DNA from: Nitrosopumilus sp.
Lineage (GTDB): Archaea > Thermoproteota > Nitrososphaeria > Nitrososphaerales > Nitrosopumilaceae
Length of the DNA: 64,000 nt
Assembly: GCA_965249555.1 (NCBI GenBank)
Contig: OZ252243.1
Coordinates: 1,696,001-1,760,000 of the forward strand
Reading direction: 5' to 3'
Position 1 is the stretch's first letter. Every line of letters starts with the position of its first letter. The translations under genes and the position numbers were made by a program. The notes under the pieces are model-generated. The model was not told the origin of the DNA. It saw nothing but the letters and a program-made list of their open reading frames with translations, and searched no databases. Shown piece by piece: positions 39,901 through 50,772 of this stretch.

Positions 39901-40662
39901 TTATCCTTCTGAGGCGGTTTTACCGCCATCAACATTTAGAATAGTTCCTGTAACCCAATTTGCTTCATCAGATGCTAGATAGAGTGCTGCATTTGCAACA
40001 TCTTCTGGTTCTCCTATCCTGGCAAGCGGCAATCTTTCTTCCAGTACTTTTCTTGCTTGAGGATCATCCAGATATGGCTTTATCATTCCTGAATTAATAA
40101 TACCTGGATTAACACAATTACACCTAATGTTTTTTCTTGCATATTCAATTGCAATTGATTTTGTAAACATCGATATTGCTGCTTTTGTAGCAGAGTATAC
40201 TGCCAGATGAACTCTTGGAATTGCTCTTTCACTTGAGATGGAACCAATATTTACAATTGCACCACTCTTGACATCTGACATTTTTGTAAGTACAGCCTTT
40301 GTCATGTGAAATGCACCTAACAAGTTTATGTCAATGAGTTTTTTAATTTCTGAATCTTGCATCTTGTGAAAATGCACTGGATCATTAATTGCTCCTGCAC
40401 TGTTCACTAAAATATCGATTTTACCATATGTATCCATAATTTGATTTACAGCTTGTAATACCTGTGATTCATCTGTCAAATCGCATGTTATTGATACAGT
40501 TGCTTCCTCATTTCCTATTTCTTTTCTAGTTTTTTCCAATCCTTCTAGATTTCTTGCAACTAGGACCACTTTAGCACCTTCTTCTGCAAATCTCTTTACA
40601 ATTCCTCTACCTATGTCACTTGATGCTCCTGTCACAATGGCAACTTTGTCGTTTAATCGCAT
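39901..40662 (-). CDS. SDR family oxidoreductase
   Basis: [19 protein letters not shown]. Confidence 0.92.
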   Translation of the reverse strand: MRLNDKVAIVTGASSDIGRGIVKRFAEEGAKVVLVARNLEGLEKTRKEIGNEEATVSITCDLTDESQVLQAVNQIMDTYGKIDILVNSAGAINDPVHFHKMQDSEIKKLIDINLLGAFHMTKAVLTKMSDVKSGAIVNIGSISSERAIPRVHLAVYSATKAAISMFTKSIAIEYARKNIRCNCVNPGIINSGMIKPYLDDPQARKVLEERLPLARIGEPEDVANAALYLASDEANWVTGTILNVDGGKTASEG

Positions 40663-40723
40663 GAAATCATATTACTGTCATAACTTATAGAATTTTTGTT
40701 CAGTTCCATTCGTAAATTTGATT

Positions 40724-41602
40724 TTATTTGGACTCGTTAATTTTTTTGATGTATTCAATAATTCCAGTGTAATCTGTTTCTCCAAATCCCTCTTTGATGG
40801 CATTTTCATACACCTCATCGGCTTTCTTGATCATTGGAAGTTCAATTCCTAAAGATTTTGCAGCATTTGTTATGGTGCTAATGTCTTTTTTTAGATTTAC
40901 AAGTGTGAATGTTGTATCATATTTACCATCAATCATTTTGTATGCCTTTTTTTCACTCATTCCTGTTTTGAAATATGTCGAGTTTAAAATTTTAAGAAAA
41001 ATTTTTGGATCCACATTTGCTTTTTTAACAAAAATAATTCCTTCAGATAATGCAAGTGCAAGCATAGTTATTTGTAAATTCATGGCTAGTTTGATGGAAT
41101 GGGCCACTCCACTTTCTCCTAGAAAAAATATCTTACTTGCAATCTTTTCAAAAACATTTTTGCAATGATCAAAGATTTCTTTGTTTCCTGATGCCATCAT
41201 AACTAAATTGCCTGTTATGGCAACATTTGGTCCTCCCATTACCGGGATATCCAATTTATGGATATTGTATTCCTGAAATTTTTTTGTAATATTTTTAGAT
41301 TCTGTTGGGTCAATAGTACTCATGTCTGCAACGATTAGTTTTGCATGATTTCCTTCTATGATTCCATCTTTTTCAAATGAGATTTCTTTTACTGCCTTTG
41401 CATCTTTTACTATTGTAATGACTAGTTCTGAATTTTCTGCAATCTCTTTTGGTGATGTTGCAATTTTAGCTCCCTTTTCTTTTGCCTGCATTGTTTTTTC
41501 TTTTGTTCTATTGTATACTGTTACTTCAAAACCTGAATCTAGTAAATGTAAAGCAATTGCATTTCCTAACATCCCGAGTCCAATAATTCCTACTTTTATC
41601 AT
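40724..41602 (-). CDS. NAD(P)-dependent beta-hydroxyacid dehydrogenase (3-hydroxyisobutyrate/6-phosphogluconate DH family)
   Basis: GIIGLGMLG, DMSTI, DIPVMGG, KLAMN. Confidence 0.88.
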   Translation of the reverse strand: MIKVGIIGLGMLGNAIALHLLDSGFEVTVYNRTKEKTMQAKEKGAKIATSPKEIAENSELVITIVKDAKAVKEISFEKDGIIEGNHAKLIVADMSTIDPTESKNITKKFQEYNIHKLDIPVMGGPNVAITGNLVMMASGNKEIFDHCKNVFEKIASKIFFLGESGVAHSIKLAMNLQITMLALALSEGIIFVKKANVDPKIFLKILNSTYFKTGMSEKKAYKMIDGKYDTTFTLVNLKKDISTITNAAKSLGIELPMIKKADEVYENAIKEGFGETDYTGIIEYIKKINESK

Positions 41603-41629
41603 CTTTGTTCATCCCACACAATTGTGTTC

Positions 41630-42016
41630 CTAATGACGTTCTTCATTTTGAATTTCCCATTGTTCATTTCTAAATCTTGATACTGTAAACTCTAATTGTC
41701 CTATTGTTTTATCACCTTTTTTGATTTTTGCAAAATCTAATTTTTTCATTCTAAATATTTTTTCTTTTGGTTTGTATCCTCCTTCGATAACTTTAATTTT
41801 GAATCTTTTACTTGCTTTGATAATCAATTTTCTTGCAATTTGTACATCGCCCATCCATGAAAACATTTCAAAATCTCCAAAATTTTCAGTAGAAATATCA
41901 TGACCATATAACCTTGCTTCAAGTTTTGCATCTTGGGATTTTGCTTTCTCATTTAACCATGTAATGACTTCTTCCCCGTGACCTTTCTCAATTCCAAAAG
42001 TTTCTGAATTCCCCAT
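41630..42016 (-). CDS. Hypothetical protein
   Basis: 128-aa intact ORF in a co-oriented run. Confidence 0.7.
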   Translation of the reverse strand: MGNSETFGIEKGHGEEVITWLNEKAKSQDAKLEARLYGHDISTENFGDFEMFSWMGDVQIARKLIIKASKRFKIKVIEGGYKPKEKIFRMKKLDFAKIKKGDKTIGQLEFTVSRFRNEQWEIQNEERH

Positions 42017-42098
42017 TTTACTCTCTTTTTATGTTGAACCATAATAATCATTTTCAAACCATTGTTAAACTAAAATAGCGATTTAACCATGAAATTTT

Positions 42099-42467
42099 AT
42101 GATTACGATAGATTGCAGGGATGTTTTATCAATTAAAAGTGAATTAGTTGTTTATGTCTCTGATGAAGTTGCAGCCATTCCTACTCTAAAACATCATCAA
42201 TTTACTCTGTCTACTTTTGACGATGATGAGATTATTGATACTGATGCAGTTGTTACTTCGATTAAGGGATTTCTAAACTCAATTGGAGAGGGTCCAAATT
42301 TTGCTGTAATCTCTAATAATGATACAATAAGTATCAAAGCAATCTCCGGTAAAACTATAGAACGTGATGCTGCCCCTCAATCTGATATGTTTTCATGTGC
42401 TCATTGTGGATTTGTAACAAGATACGAAGTTGAACTTAATGTTCACATGCGAATACATTATCTTTGA
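42099..42467 (+). CDS. Protein with C-terminal C2H2 zinc finger
   Basis: FSCAHCGFVTRYEVELNVHMRIH. Confidence 0.78.
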   Translation: MITIDCRDVLSIKSELVVYVSDEVAAIPTLKHHQFTLSTFDDDEIIDTDAVVTSIKGFLNSIGEGPNFAVISNNDTISIKAISGKTIERDAAPQSDMFSCAHCGFVTRYEVELNVHMRIHYL

Positions 42468-42619
42468 ATTTATTTGGAAATTATGTTTATTTTAATTTCC
42501 GATGTATCTAGAATTATTACAAAATCCTAAAGTGGAACTTTTCTGGTATTTTAAAATGTAATTTTATACATGTTAGTTTTCAACAGGATCTTTATAAGCA
42601 CTAATCACACAAAACAACT

Positions 42620-42817
42620 GTGAACAAACCCTCAAAAAATAATGTGACAAAGGTTTATTGTACTAAATGTGATTTAGTTTTTGAATCACGAGAAAAATTT
42701 GAAAAGCATTTTGATAGACATTCATCAAAAGTCACTTGTGAGGTATGCCCTATTGATACTGTCATCGCAAAATTTGTGAACATGTTTAAACGAAACTCTT
42801 CTCGTAATCTGGAATAA
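42620..42817 (+). CDS. Small C2H2 zinc-finger protein
   Basis: CTKCDLVFESREKFEKHFDRH...CEVC. Confidence 0.7.
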   Translation: MNKPSKNNVTKVYCTKCDLVFESREKFEKHFDRHSSKVTCEVCPIDTVIAKFVNMFKRNSSRNLE

Positions 42818-42849
42818 GTTTTTTTAACCGATTTTTACTGTTTTAGTTT

Positions 42850-43512
42850 ATGAACAAAAAAGGTGTAATTATAGGTACCATTGTTGTGGCCGTTGTTCTT
42901 GGGATTAGTGCTTCGTACTCATTATCACCATCTGAAACTCTGAATCTCGATATGGTGCGAATACACGGTACAATTTCTACTGCTATGGGTTCGCCAATTT
43001 TAGGTGATCCTTCCGCTCCAATTACTATTGTTGAATTTGGTGATTACCAATGTCATCAATGCTATAACTGGTTTCATAATACAAAACCTGCAATAGTTCA
43101 AGATTATATTGATACTGGAAGAGCAAATCTAGTGTTTGTTGATTTGGCATTTCTGGGAAAAGATTCTCCAAAGGCAGCTCAGGCATCATATTGTGCTGAA
43201 GATCAAGGAATGTATTGGGAGTACCACGATACTCTTTACAATTTCCAAGAATCTAAAATTGATGGAGGTTGGGCACATTCTGAAAGACTCAAAGCTTTTG
43301 CATTTAGCTTAGACCTTGATATGGATCTGTTTGAAAGTTGTCTTGATTCTGAAAAATATTCTAAACGTGTACAATACAATATACAACAAGCAAGAGAAAA
43401 TGGTGTAAGGGGAACTCCTGGATTCTTCATTGTAGGTCCTAATGGACAAGAAAAAATAGGAGGAGCACAACCATTTTCAGTCTTTAAGGATATTTTGGAT
43501 TCTATGATCTAA
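42850..43512 (+). CDS. DsbA family thiol-disulfide oxidoreductase
   Basis: N-terminal TM; EFGDYQCHQC, GVRGTP, GAQP. Confidence 0.9.
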   Translation: MNKKGVIIGTIVVAVVLGISASYSLSPSETLNLDMVRIHGTISTAMGSPILGDPSAPITIVEFGDYQCHQCYNWFHNTKPAIVQDYIDTGRANLVFVDLAFLGKDSPKAAQASYCAEDQGMYWEYHDTLYNFQESKIDGGWAHSERLKAFAFSLDLDMDLFESCLDSEKYSKRVQYNIQQARENGVRGTPGFFIVGPNGQEKIGGAQPFSVFKDILDSMI

Positions 43513-43992
43513 ATGGCACACCCAATCAAATTCGTATACTCTAATTCTAAATATGTACTCTTAGCATCCGCAATTTTTGTATTGATGACTATTGGTTTAC
43601 TGATACTGTCTGAGTATATCTTCTTAGAACCTTATGTAGTTGCTCATCTTCCTTCTGGAAGTGAGTTAGGGTTTGTCCTTATTGTAACACTTTCGGCATT
43701 ATCTGCATTGGTTATTCCAATGAATATATTCAGGATAAATGTCCTTAAAAGTTCAAAACAAAAAATGGGTGGAGGAATTTTTGGTTCAATTATTGGAACT
43801 ATTGCTGGAGCATGTAGTTGTGGACCAATTGGATTTGCAGTAATTTCTACATTTGGTTCTGTTGGGGCTACTGCTACTGCATTTCTAACAAATTATGAGA
43901 TTCCAATTCGAATAATTGCTATTGTAATTTTGGCTGTTACATATTTTACAACTATAAAATCACTCAAAGTCGATTGTAATCTAGATTCTTAA
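43513..43992 (+). CDS. Membrane protein with CxC motif, coupled to dsbA
   Basis: 4-5 hydrophobic helices, AGACSCGP; starts immediately after the dsbA stop. Confidence 0.7.
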   Translation: MAHPIKFVYSNSKYVLLASAIFVLMTIGLLILSEYIFLEPYVVAHLPSGSELGFVLIVTLSALSALVIPMNIFRINVLKSSKQKMGGGIFGSIIGTIAGACSCGPIGFAVISTFGSVGATATAFLTNYEIPIRIIAIVILAVTYFTTIKSLKVDCNLDS

Positions 43993-44002
43993 TTGTAATA
44001 CA

Positions 44003-44380
44003 TTAAAAATTATTGATTAGATGAATACTTGCAATTTTTTGGATCAGGTCATTAGCAAGAAATGGTTTACTAATCATAGAATGAACCGTTTCATATTTTG
44101 CAATTTTTTTTGCTTCTTGGTCTAAACTACCACTAACTAGAATCACTTTGGCGTTGGGATCTAATTTTGTAATCTTTTTTGCTGCATAACAACCATCATA
44201 CTTTGGCATCATTAAATCCAATAAGATTACATCTGGTTTGTATTTTTCATATAACTCAACTGCATCTTTTCCATTATATCCAACTGCAACTACTTTGATC
44301 TTCTTTAATTTCATCAAGAATTTTATGGATTCTACTTGCTCTATGTAATCATCAATTATTATTATTCTGACCGTTCCCAA
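44003..44380 (-). CDS. Single-domain response regulator (CheY-like)
   Basis: IIDD, LLDLMMPKYDG, SKPF. Confidence 0.88.
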   Translation of the reverse strand: MGTVRIIIIDDYIEQVESIKFLMKLKKIKVVAVGYNGKDAVELYEKYKPDVILLDLMMPKYDGCYAAKKITKLDPNAKVILVSGSLDQEAKKIAKYETVHSMISKPFLANDLIQKIASIHLINNF

Positions 44381-44752
44381 ATACCCCCAATATCTTATGT
44401 TGGGATATGAAATTACTTAACTATGATTATATGCATGTTGAAAGTTTATCTATTATTTCAGCGATTAATCATATTTTTATCCCAAAAATGATTTGAGTTA
44501 TCGTGAAGTTGAACCAACTTTGATTATCTAAATTCAAAAGTATACTTTTGTATTAATAATGAACCAAATAGGCAAACTTTTACAACCTTGGGATGTATCT
44601 TCGAGTCATTTGAATCGTTATTGTGACAGTCATTTATGTTCCAATTAGGCCTAGTAGACGAGATCCAGAGGATGATGAATTAGAATATGCCGAGGATTAG
44701 CATCTTTTTTTCCAAATTTGTATAAACTAACGAATTTTCAAACCTTGAAAAG

Positions 44753-45724
44753 TTGAGATATTTATTGCCATCTTTTAGGTTAAACATGATGCAGAATTGG
44801 AATCTTATATTTGGAATTTTAATTATTTCTAGTCCGATTCTTTTTGCAATGATTGCATTTCCAGATTCCATATCTTGGAGTTGGAATGAAGGACGAGGAG
44901 GCTATCTTTTCGCACTAGTTTTTGTCGCAGCTGAGCTCTTTGGTCTTAAAATTATCATTTCAAAAAAACGATTGCTTGCAGTAATTCCTATGGCAATTCT
45001 TACCATTTCATATCTGATTTCATTAGAATATGGATTAAGAGATTACATTATTGAATCTGCAGAACAATTTGATGTGCAATTAATTTATTCTTGGACATGG
45101 ATGTGGGACTTTGTTGTGATGGCAATTTTTATCGTTGTTGCATTGCATATCTTCTTTGGAAAACGTTGGATTCGAATTGCACCTGCAGGACCGATATTTC
45201 TAACTGGTACTGCAATAATTCTTTCACTTGATGCATTTTTCCCATATGACACTCTTGGTCCATTACAATACGTTGTTCCTTACTTTATTCAAGCAAATGT
45301 ATGGTTGATTACAGTACTTGATCTTGGAACTGCGGTAGCTAAAGATAACGTTATGTTCCTACGTGGTGAACATGGTTCGATAGCTCTTCAGGTGTTTTGG
45401 CCATCTGCCGGTGTACACAGTATCATCATCTTCTCTTTAGTAATTGGTGCATTCATGTTAAAACTGAACATTCCTCGAAACAGAAAAGCTATGTATTTTG
45501 TTTTAGGAATTATTGGCACAATTATTGTTAATTTAATCCGAATTTTTTCCTTATCTTGGTATGCATTGAAAGTTACTACAGATCCTACTGCATGGGAAGA
45601 ATTTCACCAAATTGCAGGTGAAATTATGTTTTTACCGTGGCTATTTGCATTCATTCTAGTTGTAATTCTAATAGAATCTCGACGTCTAAAAAAGTTAGAA
45701 TCTAAAGACCAAAATCACACCTAA
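44753..45724 (+). CDS. Thaumarchaeosortase-like protein (exosortase/archaeosortase family)
   Basis: Multi-TM; VFWPSAGVHS, NLIRI, FHQIAGE motifs. Confidence 0.78.
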   Translation: MRYLLPSFRLNMMQNWNLIFGILIISSPILFAMIAFPDSISWSWNEGRGGYLFALVFVAAELFGLKIIISKKRLLAVIPMAILTISYLISLEYGLRDYIIESAEQFDVQLIYSWTWMWDFVVMAIFIVVALHIFFGKRWIRIAPAGPIFLTGTAIILSLDAFFPYDTLGPLQYVVPYFIQANVWLITVLDLGTAVAKDNVMFLRGEHGSIALQVFWPSAGVHSIIIFSLVIGAFMLKLNIPRNRKAMYFVLGIIGTIIVNLIRIFSLSWYALKVTTDPTAWEEFHQIAGEIMFLPWLFAFILVVILIESRRLKKLESKDQNHT

Positions 45725-46815
45725 AAATAGGTTGTAATGTCACTTTGCCCTTGAATTTCTGAGAGTTCTGCAACTTTAACCCCTAATCTTCTAATTGTGA
45801 TTGTTTGGTTTTCTAGGGCTTCTTTTAGTAATTGATCAGCGTTTTTTTGCAATTCTTCAAGATCTGAAGTTGGGTTTCTTAACATTCTCGATTTTGACTT
45901 GTTTGATAAATCTGATTGAACAAAGTGCACTCCAATTGATTTGAACATTCTATTGTTTTTCTTAACAACATCGTATACTTCATTGCATAACTTTGTCAGA
46001 TTATCGGATAGAAATTGATAGTCTTTTGAATCTTTTTTTAAAGTTACAATTTTACTATATTGTATTCTATCTTCTCTTTTTTTAACGGGTTCATTATCTA
46101 TTCCTCTTACTGCGTTGTAAATGTGTGTTCCACTTTTTCTTCCAAATTCTTTATTCAGTGTAAAAACATCTAATTTTTTCAAATCTTGAATTGTTTCAAG
46201 ATTCATTTCTGAAAATCTTTTTTCAGTTTTTCCCCCAATCCCTGGTATTGTTCTTATTTTTAATGGTTCTAGAAATTCATTAATTTTATCTGGAAATATA
46301 GTCGTAAGTCCATCTGGTTTTTTAAAGTCTGATGCTATTTTTGAAATCAATTTGTTTGGTGAAATTCCAATAGAACAACTAAGTTTTACCTTGTCTCTAA
46401 TTGAATTTTTAATTTGTTGAGCAAGATGACTTGCTTTTTTAAAATCACCATCTACTCTTTTTGTTACATCTAAATACGCTTCATCTTTTCCTACATATTC
46501 AAAAATATCTGCATAGTCTTTCATTAGATCCATTGCCTTTTCTGACATTTCAAAATAGTAATCAAAATCTACCGGTAAGAATACTGCATCTTTTCTTTCC
46601 TCAAGTCTTTTTTTTGCAAAAATTATTGGTATTCCTGATTTGACTCCATATTTTCTTGCAGTATAGTTAGCTGTGGCAATAGCCCCGCTATCTCCTCCTC
46701 TATCAGAATATACGCAAACACATACTGGTTTTGATCTTAATTCAGGGGATCTGATCTCTTCACATTGAGCATAAAAATAATCAAAATCTATGTGGAAAAC
46801 TATTCTTATTTCCAA
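45721..46815 (-). CDS. dinB: DNA polymerase IV (Y family, DinB/Dbh)
   Basis: HIDFDYFYAQCE, TANYTARKYG, DEAYLD, KPDG. Confidence 0.93.
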   Translation of the reverse strand: MEIRIVFHIDFDYFYAQCEEIRSPELRSKPVCVCVYSDRGGDSGAIATANYTARKYGVKSGIPIIFAKKRLEERKDAVFLPVDFDYYFEMSEKAMDLMKDYADIFEYVGKDEAYLDVTKRVDGDFKKASHLAQQIKNSIRDKVKLSCSIGISPNKLISKIASDFKKPDGLTTIFPDKINEFLEPLKIRTIPGIGGKTEKRFSEMNLETIQDLKKLDVFTLNKEFGRKSGTHIYNAVRGIDNEPVKKREDRIQYSKIVTLKKDSKDYQFLSDNLTKLCNEVYDVVKKNNRMFKSIGVHFVQSDLSNKSKSRMLRNPTSDLEELQKNADQLLKEALENQTITIRRLGVKVAELSEIQGQSDITTYF

Positions 46816-46869
46816 TAAATTTCTGTCCTTTTTTGATTATTACTATATTGTGTATTCATCTACAGCGTG

Positions 46870-47746
46870 CTAATCTGAAGTTTTTGGTAATCTCATTGTA
46901 AAAACACTGGGTGGCGAAGTTACTGAAATTGTACCTCCATGTACGTCTATTATGGATTTGACACTTGCAAGTCCAGTTCCTTGCTGTTTAGTGGTAAATA
47001 ATGGCTCAAATATTTTTGGAATTATATTGTCTGGAATCCCTGGACCTGAATCACTTACTTGAATCAACATAAAATTATCTCCCCTTTCATTGTCTTTGGA
47101 AGCTGTAATTTCTATTACACCTCTTTTTTATTTATTGCTTGAATTGCATTCATAATTAAATTAACAAAAACAACTTGCAATTTTATTGGTTCACAATATA
47201 TGCTTACTTCATCTTTAGGTGTATTGATTGTTATGTTAGATGGAATCATGATCTGTTCCATTGATTCTTTTAAAATTTTTGATAAAGAGATGTTTTGTTT
47301 GTCGAGTGGACTTTTTCTGATAAAATTAAGTACATCTTTTATTTGATGCTCCATGCGGTCGATTGCACGTTCATGCATTTGCCATTTTTTCTCAATTGAA
47401 TCCGCAAGTATCTTTTGCGAGAAATTTTTCAAAATTTCAGATGATGTCTTTATAACGTTTAAAGGATTTAGTAGATCATGGGCTATACGTGCTGATAATT
47501 CTCCAATTGCAGAAAGACGTTCTGATTTTACAAGTTCTTGGGTTTTTCTTTTCTTTCTAATTTATCACGATGATTTGCTATTTCATTTTTTATCTTTTCT
47601 AGTTGCATCATACTATGCAATAATTCATGATTGATCTGATCTGCTATATTTTGATCTTCTTTGAATTCTTTGACTTTGGCTATGAGCAAGTCCACCATTT
47701 TGTCATCTGTCATTTCACGCATAAAGAAATATGGACTATTGTCCAT
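46870..47746 (-). pseudogene. Cytoplasmic sensor histidine kinase broken by at least two frameshifts
   Basis: Fragments read coiled coil / SERLSAIGELSARIAHDLLNPL (H-box) / VFVNLIMNAIQA / DSGPGI...FTTKQQGTGLASV in different frames. Confidence 0.85.
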
Positions 47747-47906
47747 ACTATGTGATTACTCATTGTCTTAACGAATTCGTGTATGTTTGGCATGATCAAA
47801 CTCATAATATTGAAAAAATCTAAAAATTATTCTTAAATTCGATCAAAAAAATACTGTCGAATCTTCAAAGTTATGCATCTAAATACTCCACAGTTTCACT
47901 CTTCTC

Positions 47907-48155
47907 ATGGATTATCCTGTCTCCGCAGATGAAAATGGTGTAAATTTAAAACCTGAGAAAATGGAAAAAGAAAAACTTTATCATTGTATATTCAAGAACA
48001 AGGCATTTTTGATTTTCAAAGATTCACAAGATGTCTTAAATTGTTATGAGATTGAACAAGAGGATTTAGTGGAACAAATTAGAAAATGTACTCATGATGA
48101 TGAACTTGAAAAATTATTTGAAGGCTATATCCAGGGACAAAATCTTAAAAATTAA
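47907..48155 (+). CDS. Small conserved hypothetical protein
   Basis: 82-aa intact ORF. Confidence 0.65.
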   Translation: MDYPVSADENGVNLKPEKMEKEKLYHCIFKNKAFLIFKDSQDVLNCYEIEQEDLVEQIRKCTHDDELEKLFEGYIQGQNLKN

Positions 48156-48196
48156 ATAAAAGCGAGAGAAGATTTTGTTATAAAAGGAATTTAAAA

Positions 48197-49120
48197 TTGA
48201 GCGACTCTAACAGATCAAAAGATGCAGAAGATATTTTATCCGAATTTGATTCTCGTACTAAACCAGAATCTGAACCAACACCAGAATCTGAACCAACACC
48301 AGAACCTGAACCAACACCAGAACCTGAACCAACACCAGAACCTGAACCAACACCAGAACCTGAACCAACACCAGAACCTGAACCAACACCAGAACCTGAA
48401 CCAACACCAGAACCTGAACCAACACCAGAACCTGAACCAACACCAGAACCTGAACCAACACCAGAACCTGAACCAACACCAGAACCTGAACCAACACCAG
48501 AACCTGAACCAACACCAGAACCAACACCAGAACCTGAACCAACACCAGAACCTGAACCAACACCAGAACCTGAACCAACACCAGAACCTGAACCAACACC
48601 AGAACCTGAACCAACACCAGAACCAACACCAGAACCAACACCAGAACCAACACCTGAACCAACACCAGAACCTGAACCAACACCAGAACCAACACCTGAA
48701 CCAACACCAGAACCAACACCAGAACCAACACCAGAACCAGAACCAACACCAGAACCAGAACCAACACCAGAACCTGAACCAACACCAGAACCTGAACCAA
48801 CACCAGAACCAACTTCTAGTGAAACTTCTGATTCTCCTAGAAAATTAGAAGACCGTGATGTAATCTTTGTTGGTACAAAACCAATTATGACTTATGTTTC
48901 TGCAACCTTAACACAACTTTCAACAAGACAGACTGTGACTATCAAAGCTAGAGGAAAAAGAATTACACAAGCAGTAGATGTGTCTCAAATGATTGTTAAA
49001 AGAATGGATTTTGTGGGCTATGTTATTAGTGATGTAAGAATTTTGTCTGATTCTCTTACTTCTCAAGATGGAAAACAACGCAACGTATCTATAATAGAAA
49101 TTGACCTTTCAAAAAACTAG
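48197..49120 (+). CDS. alba: Alba-domain DNA/RNA-binding protein with long Pro/Glu/Thr repeat N-terminus
   Basis: C-terminal [11 protein letters not shown]...[14 protein letters not shown]...RNVSIIEI is the Alba signature. Confidence 0.88.
   Translation: MSDSNRSKDAEDILSEFDSRTKPESEPTPESEPTPEPEPTPEPEPTPEPEPTPEPEPTPEPEPTPEPEPTPEPEPTPEPEPTPEPEPTPEPEPTPEPEPTPEPEPTPEPTPEPEPTPEPEPTPEPEPTPEPEPTPEPEPTPEPTPEPTPEPTPEPTPEPEPTPEPTPEPTPEPTPEPTPEPEPTPEPEPTPEPEPTPEPEPTPEPTSSETSDSPRKLEDRDVIFVGTKPIMTYVSATLTQLSTRQTVTIKARGKRITQAVDVSQMIVKRMDFVGYVISDVRILSDSLTSQDGKQRNVSIIEIDLSKN
48263..48814 (+). repeat. Coding minisatellite of 18-bp (CCAGAACCTGAACCAACA) and 12-bp (CCAGAACCAACA) units
   Basis: More than 30 near-identical tandem units seen directly. 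Confidence 0.97.
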
Positions 49121-49340
49121 TTTAAGAAATTTGATTCTAATTGTAATCGGAATTGCTCTTCTTATAATTTTAATTAGTTTTACTGGTTCTTCTTGTGGAA
49201 TACAACATATGATAATTTTAAATGAAATTACTTCATATGAGAAATCTCTTGAACCTGAATTTTGCGAAATCATAGTTGAAAAAATTGATTTGTTTAATGA
49301 TGATTGTGAACCTCAAATAGAAATTTTAGATTGTGGTTAA
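49101..49340 (+). CDS. Small membrane-anchored hypothetical protein
   Basis: N-terminal hydrophobic helix, four Cys. Confidence 0.55.
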   Translation: MTFQKTSLRNLILIVIGIALLIILISFTGSSCGIQHMIILNEITSYEKSLEPEFCEIIVEKIDLFNDDCEPQIEILDCG

Positions 49341-49957
49341 AGTAATACATCTACCAAAAATGTAATTCCAAAATAAACTAACATCAAACTTAATGCTATC
49401 ATCAATATTCTATAATTTTTGTTCGAAAGAATTTTTGAACTTTTTGATGCTAGAAATGAAACTGTTCCTAACCACGCAAAATCCATCCAAATATGTAATC
49501 CGAACACGATTAGTATGCCTGCAAATGACCACATTAGCATTGCGTCTGAAATTAATTTGAATCCAATAGCCAACCACCAAATTATAAAAAATGGGTTTAA
49601 CGCACTTAGTGCAATTCCTGCAATGAATGGGCCTTGTTTTGAATTAGATACAACGAGTTCTTTCCTTCTTAATGTAGTTCTAATTTGTATTATTGCAAAT
49701 ACAAAAAGTGTAATTGCTCCAAAAATGGAAATTATGGTCCTGAATTCTGGAAATGATTCTAACGAAAAAACTCCCACTCCTAACAAAATTACTAATGGTA
49801 ATTCGACAATTGTATGCCCAACTGCCATTTTAATCCCTGCTCTGGTGCCTTCTCTTAATCCATATGATATGTTTGCTGCAAAAAGTGGTCCTGGTGCCAT
49901 AACTCCTGATGCTGAAATTACTATAACTAATACTGCAAATTCAAGGATCTGAACCAT
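49337..49957 (-). CDS. LysE family transporter
   Basis: SGVMAPGP, GHTIVE, LNPFFIIWW. Confidence 0.87.
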   Translation of the reverse strand: MVQILEFAVLVIVISASGVMAPGPLFAANISYGLREGTRAGIKMAVGHTIVELPLVILLGVGVFSLESFPEFRTIISIFGAITLFVFAIIQIRTTLRRKELVVSNSKQGPFIAGIALSALNPFFIIWWLAIGFKLISDAMLMWSFAGILIVFGLHIWMDFAWLGTVSFLASKSSKILSNKNYRILMIALSLMLVYFGITFLVDVLL

Positions 49958-50010
49958 TGTTTTCTAACATTACTAATTTTTAGTTATAAAATAAACATAA
50001 TTGAAAAGTT

Positions 50011-50724
50011 TTATCTATACATGGAATCTTTAAGATGCTTTGATTCTTCCTCTGTTTCTTTCATTATTATTTCGGCTTTTTCAGCTTGTTTTTCTAATAA
50101 TGGAATATCGCATGAAACTCCTGGAATTAATTTAGACATTGCATCACAAATTTGTACACTTGATTTAAAATCTGGACCTTTTCCGTCCGTGTAAAAAATC
50201 ACCACAATTACATCTTGACCCATCGTACATCCTTCATTTAACAATCTTGCTGGAATTCCTGGTATCGTTCCATGATCTAAAACTTTCAAACCTGCTTTTC
50301 TAATTTTTTCTCTAGCCGAATCTGTATTTCCTATTACCATAACTTCTTCACTACCATCTGGTGATTTTACTGCAACACTGCTAACGATTAATCCAATTTT
50401 GTGTTTCGCTGCCCAATTTAGCATTGTTTTAGCTGCAGCTTTATGTAATGATTGATCAAGTGTAAGATATGACAAAAATACTCCAACTTTCAAATCTTCG
50501 TTAACAAAAATTCTTGACGGATAATTGGGTTTTTCATCTTTGATGATGCTAATTGGAGGAAAACTTGGCGAATCAATTATTCCTACTAACTCAAATTGTG
50601 ATGTATGTATCATTGATTCAGTTGCAATTGCACTACTAAACCCTACTGATGGAAAACCGTCAATAAGATACCCTCCTTCTAAATTTATGGGTTTTAATTC
50701 TTTAATTGTAATTTTGGGAAACAA
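50011..50724 (-). CDS. PAC2 family proteasome assembly chaperone
   Basis: LIDGFPSVG, FPPI, GPD motifs. Confidence 0.82.
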   Translation of the reverse strand: MFPKITIKELKPINLEGGYLIDGFPSVGFSSAIATESMIHTSQFELVGIIDSPSFPPISIIKDEKPNYPSRIFVNEDLKVGVFLSYLTLDQSLHKAAAKTMLNWAAKHKIGLIVSSVAVKSPDGSEEVMVIGNTDSAREKIRKAGLKVLDHGTIPGIPARLLNEGCTMGQDVIVVIFYTDGKGPDFKSSVQICDAMSKLIPGVSCDIPLLEKQAEKAEIIMKETEEESKHLKDSMYR

Positions 50725-50772
50725 TGAATAATTTTTGTCTTAATAGAATAATAATTTTTTGCTAAGTTTAAT

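Noticed and set aside
48263-48814. Possible CRISPR array
   Set aside because: Contiguous tandem units with no unique spacers, and protein-coding
48222-48848. Long alternative-frame ORFs (NQHQNL)n and antisense (VLVQ)n
   Set aside because: By-products of the stop-free minisatellite; only the PEPEPT frame joins the Alba domain
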